Source: Chryseosolibacter sp. (lineage in GTDB: Bacteria > Bacteroidota > Bacteroidia > Cytophagales > Cyclobacteriaceae). From it: 64,000 nt of DNA. Shown here piece by piece: positions 19,301 to 28,436 of this stretch (its first letter is position 1; every line of letters begins with the position of its first letter). The stretch is taken from positions 5,611 through 69,610 of the forward strand of contig DASPJN010000254.1 of the NCBI GenBank assembly GCA_035628595.1, read 5' to 3'. The notes below the pieces were generated by a model that saw nothing but the letters and a program-made list of their open reading frames with translations, was not told where the DNA came from and ran no database searches. The position numbers were made by a program, and so were the translations under genes.

Positions 19301-19741
19301 ATGGATGATCTCAAGCAATCGGTACAAAATGCCGTTTACGAACAGAAAGATCCGCTGCTGATCTATAAGTTCGAAGGCTTTGAGTTATTCAAGCGCTTCA
19401 TCGCGAAGGTGAATGAGGATACAATTTCGTTCCTAATGAAAGCGGACATTCCTGTTCAACAGCCAGACCAGGTGCAGGAGGCACGCGCTCAACGTACACG
19501 TGCAAGGCTGAGTGAACAGAAAGAAGAATCAAGATCACTGCTCAGTGGTGGTCAGCAGCCAAATCAGCCACAACCAAACAGGCCTCCGCAGGAAAAAGTA
19601 ATGCCTGTAAAATCTGAAAAGGTTGCTAACAGAAACGATAAGGTAAGTGTTCAGTATCCTGATGGGCGTGTTCTTCGCGACGTGAAGTACAAGAAAGTGG
19701 AAGATGACATTAAGAATAATCGCTGTGTAATAATCGACTAA
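16388..19741 (+). CDS. secA: Preprotein translocase ATPase SecA
   Basis: [19 protein letters not shown] N-terminus (start moved to Met13 of the tracked ORF). [13 protein letters not shown] Walker A, [38 protein letters not shown]. Confidence 0.95.
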   Translation: [1117 protein letters not shown]

Positions 19742-20268
19742 TGAAAGCACAACTTCTTCTGATTCTCGCCATCATTGCAGTGTTTTCGTGTGCAAAGAAA
19801 ACAACATCGTCAACACGCACCGGGGCAACCCAAAGTGGCAAGTACGCGGAAGATCTGTCTGTGCTTCGCCCGAAAGTGAACGACGTCGATACAGCAAGTA
19901 AGCAACCGATGGGAGATGGGGCGGACGAAACGAAAGAGACCAAATATGTGGAGGCAAAATATGCCATCAACGAAAACCTGGATAGTATACTCGACAGCAT
20001 CAGCAGATTCAATCATAGCATTGGTCACGTTGACGGCTTTACCATCCAGGTTTATTCCGGTTTGAAACGGGAAGAGGCATTGAACGCCAAGAAGTCTTTG
20101 AGCACGTCCCTGCCTGGTCTCGATTCAGAGCTCCAGTATGTTCAGCCTAATTATCGCGTCCGGGCCGGGAAATATTATGACCGGTTCGCAGCGCAACGCG
20201 ATTACGTGGCGATCAAAAAATATTTCCCGAATGCCATTTTGCTTCCGGAACGTCTTCCGATAAAATAG
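19741..20268 (+). CDS. SPOR domain-containing lipoprotein
   Basis: Signal peptide plus lipobox (AVFSC). C-terminal GFTIQVYSG...YRVRAGKYYDRFAAQRDYVAIKKYFPNA resembles a SPOR peptidoglycan-binding domain. The ATG overlaps the secA stop (TAATG). Confidence 0.75.
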   Translation: MKAQLLLILAIIAVFSCAKKTTSSTRTGATQSGKYAEDLSVLRPKVNDVDTASKQPMGDGADETKETKYVEAKYAINENLDSILDSISRFNHSIGHVDGFTIQVYSGLKREEALNAKKSLSTSLPGLDSELQYVQPNYRVRAGKYYDRFAAQRDYVAIKKYFPNAILLPERLPIK

Positions 20269-20275
20269 TCGTCAA

Positions 20276-20932
20276 TTAGAATTTCCCGAATTTCAGTGTG
20301 AGGTTAATCGAAGTGCCGTTAATGTCGTCGTCACTCATGCCCTTGCCATTGCTTCCGTGAGCCAATCTGTAAGAGATTCCCGGAGCAAACCGCATCCAAC
20401 GGAAGATATTCATCTCGACTTTCACACCAGGTTCCGCAACAGTAAACCAATTCGTATCGTGATCGTAGTCGCGAATCTCATCATTTTCATTTTCGCTTTT
20501 ATGTTGATCACGATCATATTGCAATGTAAATCCTGCACCAGCGAACATTTGAAACCCGATATGCAGTGACCTGTCAGACGCGACAATGTATTCGGTCATC
20601 AAACCAAACTGTCCATATTCATAACTCATCCTTCGGGTCGGCTCTGTACGGAATTCAATAGGAACCACAATGTTATTCGTGGATGCGGCAGCACCGACAC
20701 CAAGCAAAAACCGATGGTTGACATACCATCCGCCATAGATCTCGACAATGTTTGCCGGCTCGCCTTTGATGGTGGAAAATTTGTTGCTCAAGGCTCCAAA
20801 CGCACCGGAAGCATGTGGCCGGTTATCGCGGAAAATGGTCTTGATTTCGTGAGGTTGGCCAGGTTCGTCCTGCGCTAAACATACGTTAGTGAACAGAAGC
20901 GCCAGCGCTACAAGTGACGTAAATATTTTCAT
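20276..20932 (-). CDS. Outer-membrane beta-barrel protein (porin-family-like), function unknown
   Basis: Signal peptide MKIFTSLVALALLFTNVCLAQ, alternating amphipathic strands, and a C-terminal aromatic residue (...LTLKFGKF). Confidence 0.55.
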   Translation of the reverse strand: MKIFTSLVALALLFTNVCLAQDEPGQPHEIKTIFRDNRPHASGAFGALSNKFSTIKGEPANIVEIYGGWYVNHRFLLGVGAAASTNNIVVPIEFRTEPTRRMSYEYGQFGLMTEYIVASDRSLHIGFQMFAGAGFTLQYDRDQHKSENENDEIRDYDHDTNWFTVAEPGVKVEMNIFRWMRFAPGISYRLAHGSNGKGMSDDDINGTSINLTLKFGKF

Positions 20933-21062
20933 AAATCATGTTTTTACCAGAGACACCTGAAACGCCGTTCACCCCTACCGTCGTCTGAATTTTCATAAAC
21001 GCCTTCTTCGGTCATATTCCCGACGATGAAACTTTGCTAACTTTAAACTTTACTGTTTCATC

Positions 21063-22253
21063 ATGGAATTACTCGCTCGAATAAAAGAGATGTCGCTTCG
21101 TATTGCGGATGATGTCGTCAAACACCGCCGCCATTTGCATGCGAACCCTGAGCTTTCATATAAGGAGTATAAAACGGCGAAGTATGTAGCTGAACAACTC
21201 CACGCCGTTGGACTGAATCCAACCGAGGGAATAGCTACCACCGGATTGGTAGTCGAAATCAAAGGCAAAAATTCGGAAAGCAAAACCATTGCCCTTCGTG
21301 CAGATATGGATGCGCTGCCGATCATCGAAGCGAACGATGTGATCTACAAATCACAGGAACCCGGTGTGATGCACGCATGTGGTCATGATGTTCACACTTC
21401 ATCGCTGTTAGGAACGGCTATGATATTGAATGAAATCAAAGATGAATTCGAAGGGACTATCAGATTACTTTTTCAACCGGGTGAAGAGAAGAATCCGGGT
21501 GGAGCTTCTTACATGATCCGTGATGGAGCGCTCGAAAACCCCCGGCCTTCGGGTATCGTAGGTCAACACGTTTTCCCTTTGTTGGACGTTGGAAAAATTG
21601 GCTTTCGGGAAGGAATGTACATGGCCAGTTGTGATGAAATCTACTTGAAAGTAATCGGTAAAGGAGGACACGGCGCCGCACCCGAATTAGCCGTAGATCC
21701 GATTGTAATTGCCTCGCACATTATAATCGCCTTACAACAGATCATTAGCCGCAATGCGAGTCCGAAACAACCTACCGTGTTAACGTTCGGTAAAATTATT
21801 GGTGAAGGCGCGACCAATATCATTCCGAATGAAGTCAACATTGCCGGCACATTTCGTGCGATGAATGAAGACTGGAGAGAGGCAGCGCTTCTGAAAATCA
21901 AAAGAATGGCGGAAAGCATTGCGGAAGGAATGGGTGGAAAATGTGACGTTGATATATCGCGGGGTTATCCTTATCTGCAAAACGATCCGCTGCTTACGCG
22001 CAGGATCAAGGCGTGCGCCGAACAGTACGTTGGTAAAGAAAATGTTGTCGATATTGATATCACGCTTGGCGCGGAAGACTTTGCTTATTATTCCCAAGTA
22101 ATTCCTGCGTCGTTTTACCGGCTCGGAACAAGAAATCAGGGCAAAGGGATCACGTCATACGTTCATACGCCGACATTTGATATAGATGAAGATGCCCTAA
22201 AGATCAGCCCTGGCCTCATGGCGTGGATGGCGGTCAATGAATTAAAAGGTTAG
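21063..22253 (+). CDS. M20D family amidohydrolase (N-acyl-L-amino acid amidohydrolase/hippurate hydrolase-like)
   Basis: RRHLHANPELSYKEYKT, LRADMDALP, HACGHDVH and FQPGEE motifs. Confidence 0.85.
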   Translation: MELLARIKEMSLRIADDVVKHRRHLHANPELSYKEYKTAKYVAEQLHAVGLNPTEGIATTGLVVEIKGKNSESKTIALRADMDALPIIEANDVIYKSQEPGVMHACGHDVHTSSLLGTAMILNEIKDEFEGTIRLLFQPGEEKNPGGASYMIRDGALENPRPSGIVGQHVFPLLDVGKIGFREGMYMASCDEIYLKVIGKGGHGAAPELAVDPIVIASHIIIALQQIISRNASPKQPTVLTFGKIIGEGATNIIPNEVNIAGTFRAMNEDWREAALLKIKRMAESIAEGMGGKCDVDISRGYPYLQNDPLLTRRIKACAEQYVGKENVVDIDITLGAEDFAYYSQVIPASFYRLGTRNQGKGITSYVHTPTFDIDEDALKISPGLMAWMAVNELKG

Positions 22254-22254
22254 C

Positions 22255-23376
22255 ATGGAAGAGGAAACAGGAAGTGCTGCCAAAACCAGCAAAGTTGACA
22301 CCCGTTCATTTATTTTCATTACGGGTGCTTTCCTTTTGTTCTTCTTCGCGCTCGAATTGATGATCACATCATTCGATGCGCTTGGAGCAGAGACGATCCA
22401 CACGGTATTAAGCGCAACTTCAAATCCGTTCACCGGCCTATTCATCGGATTGCTCATTACCGCGATTATTCAAAGCAGTTCAACTACAACTGCGCTCGTC
22501 GTTACACTTGTAGGATCTGGGACGTTGACCTTGCTAAATGCCGTACCTGTGATTATGGGAGCCAACCTGGGTACAACCATCACGGCGCTTATAGTTTCAT
22601 TGGGATTTCTTAACAAGCCAAAAGAATTTAAGCGCGCAGTTTCGGCAGCGGCGTATCATTCCTTTTTTAATCTCCTAACGATCATTGTACTTTTTCCACT
22701 CGAATACAAGTACGCACTAGTCACAAGGGCAGTTACTTTGATTTCAGATTATCTTTTTCTGTCGGTGGGAGGTAATAGCACTGAGATAGTTTCGTGGTCG
22801 GTGTTCGGCTTTGTTATCGATCCGCTAGTGACGGTCTTAGATGCGCCGATCGTTTTAGTGTCCATTTCCTTTATTCTCCTCTTCGCTTCAATTCTGTTTT
22901 TTCGCCGACAAATTTCGAATCTTTTGATTGGCAAATCGCCCGACTCATCGGGAAGATTTATTTTCGAGGATCCTTTAAAGTCGCTGGGATGGGGCTTGAT
23001 AACAACGGCTGCCATCAGGTCAAGCACAATTACCACCTCATTGGTTGTTCCCTTGGTAGCAAAGAAGATCATTAAGCTCAGGGAAGCGGCGAGCTTTATC
23101 ATGGGTGCAAACGTCGGCACGACTGTCACCGCTTTCATCGCCGTCCTTGTAAGTTCAAATTCCGTTGCCGCCATCAGCATTGCCCTGGCACACCTTCTGT
23201 TTAATGTAGCTGGTATCCTTTTGTTCTTTGTCATGCCGTTCCTTCCGGCGATACCTTACGAATTGTCGAAACATCTGGGAATCGTTTCCGCTCGCTATCG
23301 GATTTCAATCGTTCTGTTTGTGTTGTTTACATTTTTTATTATTCCGTTCACCCTTATTTATATCAGTAATAACTGA
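22255..23376 (+). CDS. Na+/phosphate cotransporter family (NptA-like) membrane protein
   Basis: Duplicated Na_Pi_cotrans motifs (IIQSSSTTTALVVTLVG and AIRSSTITTSLVVPLV; GANLGTT and GANVGTT). Membrane domain only. Confidence 0.8.
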   Translation: MEEETGSAAKTSKVDTRSFIFITGAFLLFFFALELMITSFDALGAETIHTVLSATSNPFTGLFIGLLITAIIQSSSTTTALVVTLVGSGTLTLLNAVPVIMGANLGTTITALIVSLGFLNKPKEFKRAVSAAAYHSFFNLLTIIVLFPLEYKYALVTRAVTLISDYLFLSVGGNSTEIVSWSVFGFVIDPLVTVLDAPIVLVSISFILLFASILFFRRQISNLLIGKSPDSSGRFIFEDPLKSLGWGLITTAAIRSSTITTSLVVPLVAKKIIKLREAASFIMGANVGTTVTAFIAVLVSSNSVAAISIALAHLLFNVAGILLFFVMPFLPAIPYELSKHLGIVSARYRISIVLFVLFTFFIIPFTLIYISNN

Positions 23377-23446
23377 TCTAAAAATCATTTCCAATCGATC
23401 TTTCCGAACAAAAGACTTCTCTCTATATTGCATAGGAAGCAACTTC

Positions 23447-23800
23447 ATGTTCGGCAGCTCAATCACTAAATTTCTTAAGTTGGATAGCCTTATCAATAAC
23501 CTGACCGGGTATTTTGAGACGAAAGTTGAATTGGTTAAGGTTGAGGTAAGGCAGGAACTGGCGAAAGGGATTTCGCAGGCAGTGGTTTATCTGGCATTAG
23601 TGTTTGCCTTCGCAATGGTAGTGTTGTTTGTAAGCCTTGGCGTGGCGATTCTACTTGCTGATGTAATTGGCGCACTCGCAGGATATTCGCTCGTCGCATT
23701 GTTTTATCTGATTGTTGGTCTGTCGCTATTTGTTTATCGGGAGAAGTTGATAGGAAAGATCAATTCAAACCTTTCTAAGACATTAAATTCACGGAAATAG
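23447..23800 (+). CDS. Holin-X/DUF1469-like ('phage holin family') small membrane protein
   Basis: Start set at MFGSSITKFL. The segment YFETKVELVKVEVRQELAKG followed by two TM helices is the pattern of the putative holin-X superfamily III membrane proteins. Confidence 0.6.
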   Translation: MFGSSITKFLKLDSLINNLTGYFETKVELVKVEVRQELAKGISQAVVYLALVFAFAMVVLFVSLGVAILLADVIGALAGYSLVALFYLIVGLSLFVYREKLIGKINSNLSKTLNSRK

Positions 23801-23806
23801 AAATAT

Positions 23807-24208
23807 ATGGAAATGCTTGACTCTGACGATCCGAAAGACCACCTGATGCGTCAGTCTGCTCTTCACAGAGAGCAACTCGAAGAAGATGTTAAACTTATTT
23901 CGGAGCGCACGCAGAAGATTCTCACAAACGCGCTTATAATAGGCGGTGCCCTTGCGGCCAGCTATTTTATCATCAGCAGTTTTTCATCGAAGCCTAAAAA
24001 GAAGAAGGTCAAAAAAATCAAACTGATTCAGGACAACCCTGAGCAGGTTGTTGTTTCTGAAGAACCTGAGACGCCTGGAATTATTTCGCAGTTAGGTACC
24101 GCATTGGCGAGTCAGGCAACGGTGATGCTGCTTGGCCTTGCTAAAGAAAAGCTTGAAGAATACATGCAGTCGCAGGCTGCGAAGAAGGCAGATGATGGCA
24201 ATTCTTAA
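23807..24208 (+). CDS. Hypothetical single-pass membrane protein
   Basis: 133 aa. Coiled N-terminal region, one TM helix (ALIIGGALAASYFIISSF), a KKKK stretch and an amphipathic C-terminus. 6 nt after the previous gene. Confidence 0.5.
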   Translation: MEMLDSDDPKDHLMRQSALHREQLEEDVKLISERTQKILTNALIIGGALAASYFIISSFSSKPKKKKVKKIKLIQDNPEQVVVSEEPETPGIISQLGTALASQATVMLLGLAKEKLEEYMQSQAAKKADDGNS

Positions 24209-24959
24209 CGCGCTACGTGAAAGGAAGCTACAGCGCCGCAAATCGATCGCTGTGCTTGTTGATCCTGACAAAGTCGGAGACCCGGCTAAGCTTCTCCATC
24301 TGATTAACCTGGCTAACGAAAACTGCATTGATTTTTTCTTCGTAGGTGGAAGCCTGGTAACAACCACTAACCTCTCTGAAGTAGTTCGAAAGATTAAGGA
24401 AAACGTGAGTCTTCCGGTGATTCTTTTTCCCGGAAACACCATGCAAATCGAACCAAATGCCGACGCCATCTTGTTTCTTTCGCTGATCTCAGGAAGAAAC
24501 CCTGAATTGTTGATCGGGCAGCATGTGATCGCTGCGCCGATATTAAAAAACACGCGCCTTGAGATTATTCCGACGGGATATCTTCTGATCAATTCCGGAA
24601 AAATTACTTCAGTCGCTTACATCAGTAATACGATACCATTGCCCGATGACAAATATTCACTGGCCGCATCAACCGCACTTGCGGGAGAAATGCTGGGTCA
24701 GCAATTGATCTACCTCGATGCCGGCAGTGGTGCCGAAAAAGAGATTTCTCCGCGCATGATCGGCGCTGTGCGGAAGGCTGTGAGTGTTCCGCTCATTGTT
24801 GGTGGTGGGATTAATACTTCACAAAAGGCAATTTCAGCCATTGAAGCTGGCGCAGATGTTATTGTTATCGGCAACGCACTCGAAAAAAATCCCGACTTTT
24901 TAACTGAGGTTTCAGAAAGAATTTACGAATGGAATAAAGCTTCGGATCTATCGAAGTAA
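24195..24959 (+). CDS. pcrB: Geranylgeranylglyceryl/heptaprenylglyceryl phosphate synthase (PcrB/GGGPS family)
   Basis: AVLVDPDK, FFFVGGS, IYLDAGSGA and LIVGGGI motifs of the TIM-barrel PcrB/GGGPS family. Start at MAILNAL (24192 or 24195) overlaps the upstream gene by about 14-17 nt. Confidence 0.8.
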   Translation: MAILNALRERKLQRRKSIAVLVDPDKVGDPAKLLHLINLANENCIDFFFVGGSLVTTTNLSEVVRKIKENVSLPVILFPGNTMQIEPNADAILFLSLISGRNPELLIGQHVIAAPILKNTRLEIIPTGYLLINSGKITSVAYISNTIPLPDDKYSLAASTALAGEMLGQQLIYLDAGSGAEKEISPRMIGAVRKAVSVPLIVGGGINTSQKAISAIEAGADVIVIGNALEKNPDFLTEVSERIYEWNKASDLSK

Positions 24960-26087
24960 CTCGCGCGAGATCACAAGCTTCTGGATCTCTGTTGTTCCTT
25001 CGTAAATCTGCGTGATCTTGGCATCGCGCATCAGTCGTTCAACGTGATACTCTTTCACGTATCCATATCCACCGTGGATCTGAACGGCTTCGGTAGTAAC
25101 TTCCTGTGCTATATCAGAAGCAAACAGCTTAGCCATTGCCGCCGCTTTTACAAAATCTTTTTTCTGGTCTTTCAGGTACGCTGCTTTGTGAACGAGCAGT
25201 CTTGCCGCCTCAATTTTTGTCGCCATTTCGGCAAGCTTAAATTGAATACCCTGATGCTCGGATAAGGTCTTGTTGAATGCTTTTCTTTCCTTGGAATATT
25301 TTAATGCCAGTTCATACGCGCCCGACGCGATTCCCAATGCCTGCGCTGCAATTCCGATTCTTCCGCCGTTGAGCGTGGTCATCGCAAAGCTGAAACCAAA
25401 ACCATCCTCACCGATGCGGTTCGCCTTCGGTATTTTCACATCCTGGAACATAAGTGAATGTGTATCCGATCCACGAATCCCCATCTTGTCTTCTTTCTTG
25501 CCGATAACAAAACCAGGCATTCCTTTCTCTACGATCAGGGCGTTGATTCCTTTGTGCTTCTTTTCAGGATTAGTTTGCGCGATAACAAGGTACACGCTGG
25601 CGGTGTTTCCGTTTGTGATCCAGTTCTTTGTTCCGTTCAGCAGGTAATAATCGCCTTTATCTTCGGCTGTTGTACGTTGACTTGTTGCATCAGATCCAGC
25701 TTCAGGTTCCGAGAGGCAGAAAGCACCAATCATCTCACCCGTCGCGAGTTTTTTTAGATATTTTTCTTTTTGTTCTTCAGAGCCGTATTTCTCAATTCCC
25801 CAGCAAACAAGTGAGTTATTAACAGACATACAAACAGAAGCCGAAGCATCGATCTTTGAGATCTCTTCCATGGCCAGGACATATGAGATCGAATCCATTC
25901 CACCGCCGTTGTACTTCGTATCGACCATCATGCCCAAAAATCCGAGTTCCCCCATCTTCTTAAGCTGATCTTTCGGGACCTTTTGCTCATTGTCCCGCTC
26001 AATAACGCCTGGAAGCAATTCGGTTTGAGCAAAGTCGCGGGCAGCCTGTTGGACTGCTATTTGTTCTTCTGTTAGTTCAAAGTTCAT
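24948..26087 (-). CDS. Acyl-CoA dehydrogenase (short/butyryl-CoA dehydrogenase-like)
   Basis: 379 aa with CLSEPEAGSD, WITNG and QIHGGYGYVKEYHVERLMRDAKITQIYEGTTEIQ motifs. Confidence 0.9.
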   Translation of the reverse strand: MNFELTEEQIAVQQAARDFAQTELLPGVIERDNEQKVPKDQLKKMGELGFLGMMVDTKYNGGGMDSISYVLAMEEISKIDASASVCMSVNNSLVCWGIEKYGSEEQKEKYLKKLATGEMIGAFCLSEPEAGSDATSQRTTAEDKGDYYLLNGTKNWITNGNTASVYLVIAQTNPEKKHKGINALIVEKGMPGFVIGKKEDKMGIRGSDTHSLMFQDVKIPKANRIGEDGFGFSFAMTTLNGGRIGIAAQALGIASGAYELALKYSKERKAFNKTLSEHQGIQFKLAEMATKIEAARLLVHKAAYLKDQKKDFVKAAAMAKLFASDIAQEVTTEAVQIHGGYGYVKEYHVERLMRDAKITQIYEGTTEIQKLVISRELLR

Positions 26088-26111
26088 AGGCTATGACACG
26101 TTTCGGGGTTC

Positions 26112-26146
26112 ATGAAATAAAGAAGCCTGAGTCTAAACTCAGGCTT
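26112..26146 (-). terminator. Hairpin terminator/attenuator after the zinc metallopeptidase gene
   Basis: Perfect 10-bp stem AAGCCTGAGT/ACTCAGGCTT (26123-26146), loop of 4 nt. On the minus strand it is followed by CTTTATTTC. Confidence 0.45.
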
Positions 26147-26192
26147 GCAAAAATAAACGCTTTTTAAAAATTATGCTGCATGCAGAATATTT

Positions 26193-26891
26193 TTATTCAT
26201 CGCTGCTTCCCATGAACATCATCACGTAATAAATCAGCGTAGTTAAGGCACCGATCGCCGCAACAACATAGGTCATCGCAGCCCATTTCAGCGCGTCCTT
26301 TGCCATTTTGTGCTCCTCGCGTGTGACAATACCCCGCGATTCGATCCACGCAAGTGCTCGTTTACTCGCGTCAAACTCAACCGGTAGTGTAACGAAAGCA
26401 AAAAGAGTAAAAACGCCATAACATACGATAATTACTACCAGCGCCGTCGACATCGGCATTACGTTCGAAGCGAACATTGCACCGAACATCATGATCATAA
26501 AAATAAAATTGATTACCTGCGCGCTGATATTTTGAATTGGCACCATCGCAGAGCGGAATTCAAGCATGCTGTAGGCCCTGGCGTGTTGCACCGCGTGTCC
26601 GCATTCATGGGCAGCTACAGCAGCGGCTGCCGCATTACGTCCGTTATAAACTTCCTGGCTCAGGTTAACAGTCTTGTTTGCCGGATTGTAATGGTCGCTG
26701 AGTTGACCTTCGACGCTGACAACCTGCACATCGCGAATCCCATTATCTGCAAGCATTAACCGCGCAATTTCAGCGCCTGTAAGATCTTTGGTTAAGTGAA
26801 TTTGTGAATATTCTCTGAATTTCCTTTTCAGCCGCGAACTTACCATCCAGCCGATCAGCATAAAAAAGAGACCAATGATTAATGCACCCAT
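26193..26891 (-). CDS. Putative neutral zinc metallopeptidase (Zn_peptidase_2 family), membrane protein
   Basis: HECGHAVQH HExxH motif between the N-terminal TM helix and the C-terminal TM helices. About 230 aa. Confidence 0.8.
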   Translation of the reverse strand: MGALIIGLFFMLIGWMVSSRLKRKFREYSQIHLTKDLTGAEIARLMLADNGIRDVQVVSVEGQLSDHYNPANKTVNLSQEVYNGRNAAAAAVAAHECGHAVQHARAYSMLEFRSAMVPIQNISAQVINFIFMIMMFGAMFASNVMPMSTALVVIIVCYGVFTLFAFVTLPVEFDASKRALAWIESRGIVTREEHKMAKDALKWAAMTYVVAAIGALTTLIYYVMMFMGSSDE

Positions 26892-27042
26892 AGTTATAAT
26901 TGAATAAGTTGTTTACGATTTATAATCAAGTATCAAGCTTTGCGCCAATTGGTTTTGGCTGTCAAACCGACACCAAGAATAACAATTTGCCGCATCAAAA
27001 TAGACGAAAAGAAACCGTTTTTGTTGGCTTTCTAATCACAAA

Positions 27043-28056
27043 TTAATCCCTGCCTTTACGTTTCACCCAAACCGATGTTACCAGCAGCGAGATTGCCCCA
27101 CCGGCAATCATGATTGCCGTTTGCCAGCCGTGAAAAATAAAAACAAACGCCACGGCATTTGACATCGGTATAGCATAAAGGAAAACAAGTCCTTGCGGCA
27201 CCAGCACGTGATATGATCCGGTTCCGCCTGGAAGCGGTACCGCCATCGCTATTGAACCTATCGCAAAGAGGCTTAAGACAGCGGTAACACCGAGGTGACT
27301 GGTTTCCGGAAAAGCCATAATAACCATGTAGCTCATCAAGAAATAAAGCACCCAGATTAACACTGAATAAAAAATGAAGAGCGATTTATTCTTCAGTCTA
27401 AAGACCGACAGCAAACCTTCCCGAAAACCCTGCCACGTTCTTCTGATAAAAGAGTTGAACTTCGGATTTCTTTTATAAAACCAAACGAAGACCGCAAACG
27501 TGAGAAGCAGGAACAAAATGAAATATACAGCCAACGTCAACTTTGATTGATCTGCTGCGATGGGAAGTTGCTGAATAAAAGCAAACAACTTTTCCGATTC
27601 AAAAAGAAATGATAGTAGTACAAGGATCAATAGACAAATCACGTCGACCACACGCTCAACTACAACCGTACCGAATGAGGTCTCTACGGGTGTGCGATCG
27701 AGTTTGTACAGGTTATAACAACGGGAAAACTCACCGCCACGCGGTATCACCAGGTTTACAAGGTAGCCTACCATTAGGGATACGAAACTATAACTGAGTT
27801 TGGTTTGATGTCCGGAAGGTTTGATCAGGATTCGCCAGCGTTCTGCTCTTACCAGGTGACTGATCAATGCGACGACAGCCATCACAATCAACCATCCTTT
27901 GTGCGCTGCTTGCCATGTTTGTACAAGGAACGACCATTTGTCAGCCGACGGATCATTGCCAGGTGGTGTCAGACTACGAAGGGAAAACCAGATCAGCAGC
28001 GCAGTGGCAGCAAAAATGATCAGGTACTGTATGATTGCTCTAGCGCTTTTTGACAC
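27043..28056 (-). CDS. Flippase-like/lysylphosphatidylglycerol-synthase TM-region family (UPF0104) membrane protein
   Basis: 337 aa with about 8 TM helices. RAERWRILI and IPRGGEFSRCY resemble UPF0104 signatures. Confidence 0.6.
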   Translation of the reverse strand: MSKSARAIIQYLIIFAATALLIWFSLRSLTPPGNDPSADKWSFLVQTWQAAHKGWLIVMAVVALISHLVRAERWRILIKPSGHQTKLSYSFVSLMVGYLVNLVIPRGGEFSRCYNLYKLDRTPVETSFGTVVVERVVDVICLLILVLLSFLFESEKLFAFIQQLPIAADQSKLTLAVYFILFLLLTFAVFVWFYKRNPKFNSFIRRTWQGFREGLLSVFRLKNKSLFIFYSVLIWVLYFLMSYMVIMAFPETSHLGVTAVLSLFAIGSIAMAVPLPGGTGSYHVLVPQGLVFLYAIPMSNAVAFVFIFHGWQTAIMIAGGAISLLVTSVWVKRKGRD

Positions 28057-28073
28057 GAGTGTTATTGGGGGCC

Positions 28074-28421
28074 TTACGGAAGTTTGTTATCTGGTGTCGG
28101 GAAAACGACAGTCGGTTTGAATTCCTTTGCCTTTTTAAATTTCATTGATGCATATGAAATAATGATGACCACATCGCCAACCTGCGCTCTGCGTGCAGCC
28201 GGGCCGTTGAGGCAAATCATTCCCGTGCCACGCGCCCCCTTAATGATATATGTTTCAAGTCGCTCTCCGTTATTGACGTTCACGACAGTGACCTTTTCAC
28301 CTTCAATCATGTTAGCCGCGTCCATTAAGTCCTCGTCAATAGCAATGCTCCCTACGTAGTGAAGTTCGGCCTGCGTTATTTTCGCACGATGGATCTTTGA
28401 TTTTAGTACTTCTATTCTCAT
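28074..28421 (-). CDS. panD: Aspartate 1-decarboxylase
   Basis: [32 protein letters not shown], including the Gly-Ser self-processing site. Confidence 0.95.
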   Translation of the reverse strand: MRIEVLKSKIHRAKITQAELHYVGSIAIDEDLMDAANMIEGEKVTVVNVNNGERLETYIIKGARGTGMICLNGPAARRAQVGDVVIIISYASMKFKKAKEFKPTVVFPTPDNKLP

Positions 28422-28436
28422 TTGTCTCCTAACGAT

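Noticed and set aside
22749-23234. 161-aa ORF antisense to the Na/Pi cotransporter gene, and a 166-aa ORF at 24092-24592 antisense to pcrB.
   Set aside because: They are shadow frames of membrane or TIM-barrel genes. No start context, no motif and no independent intergenic space.
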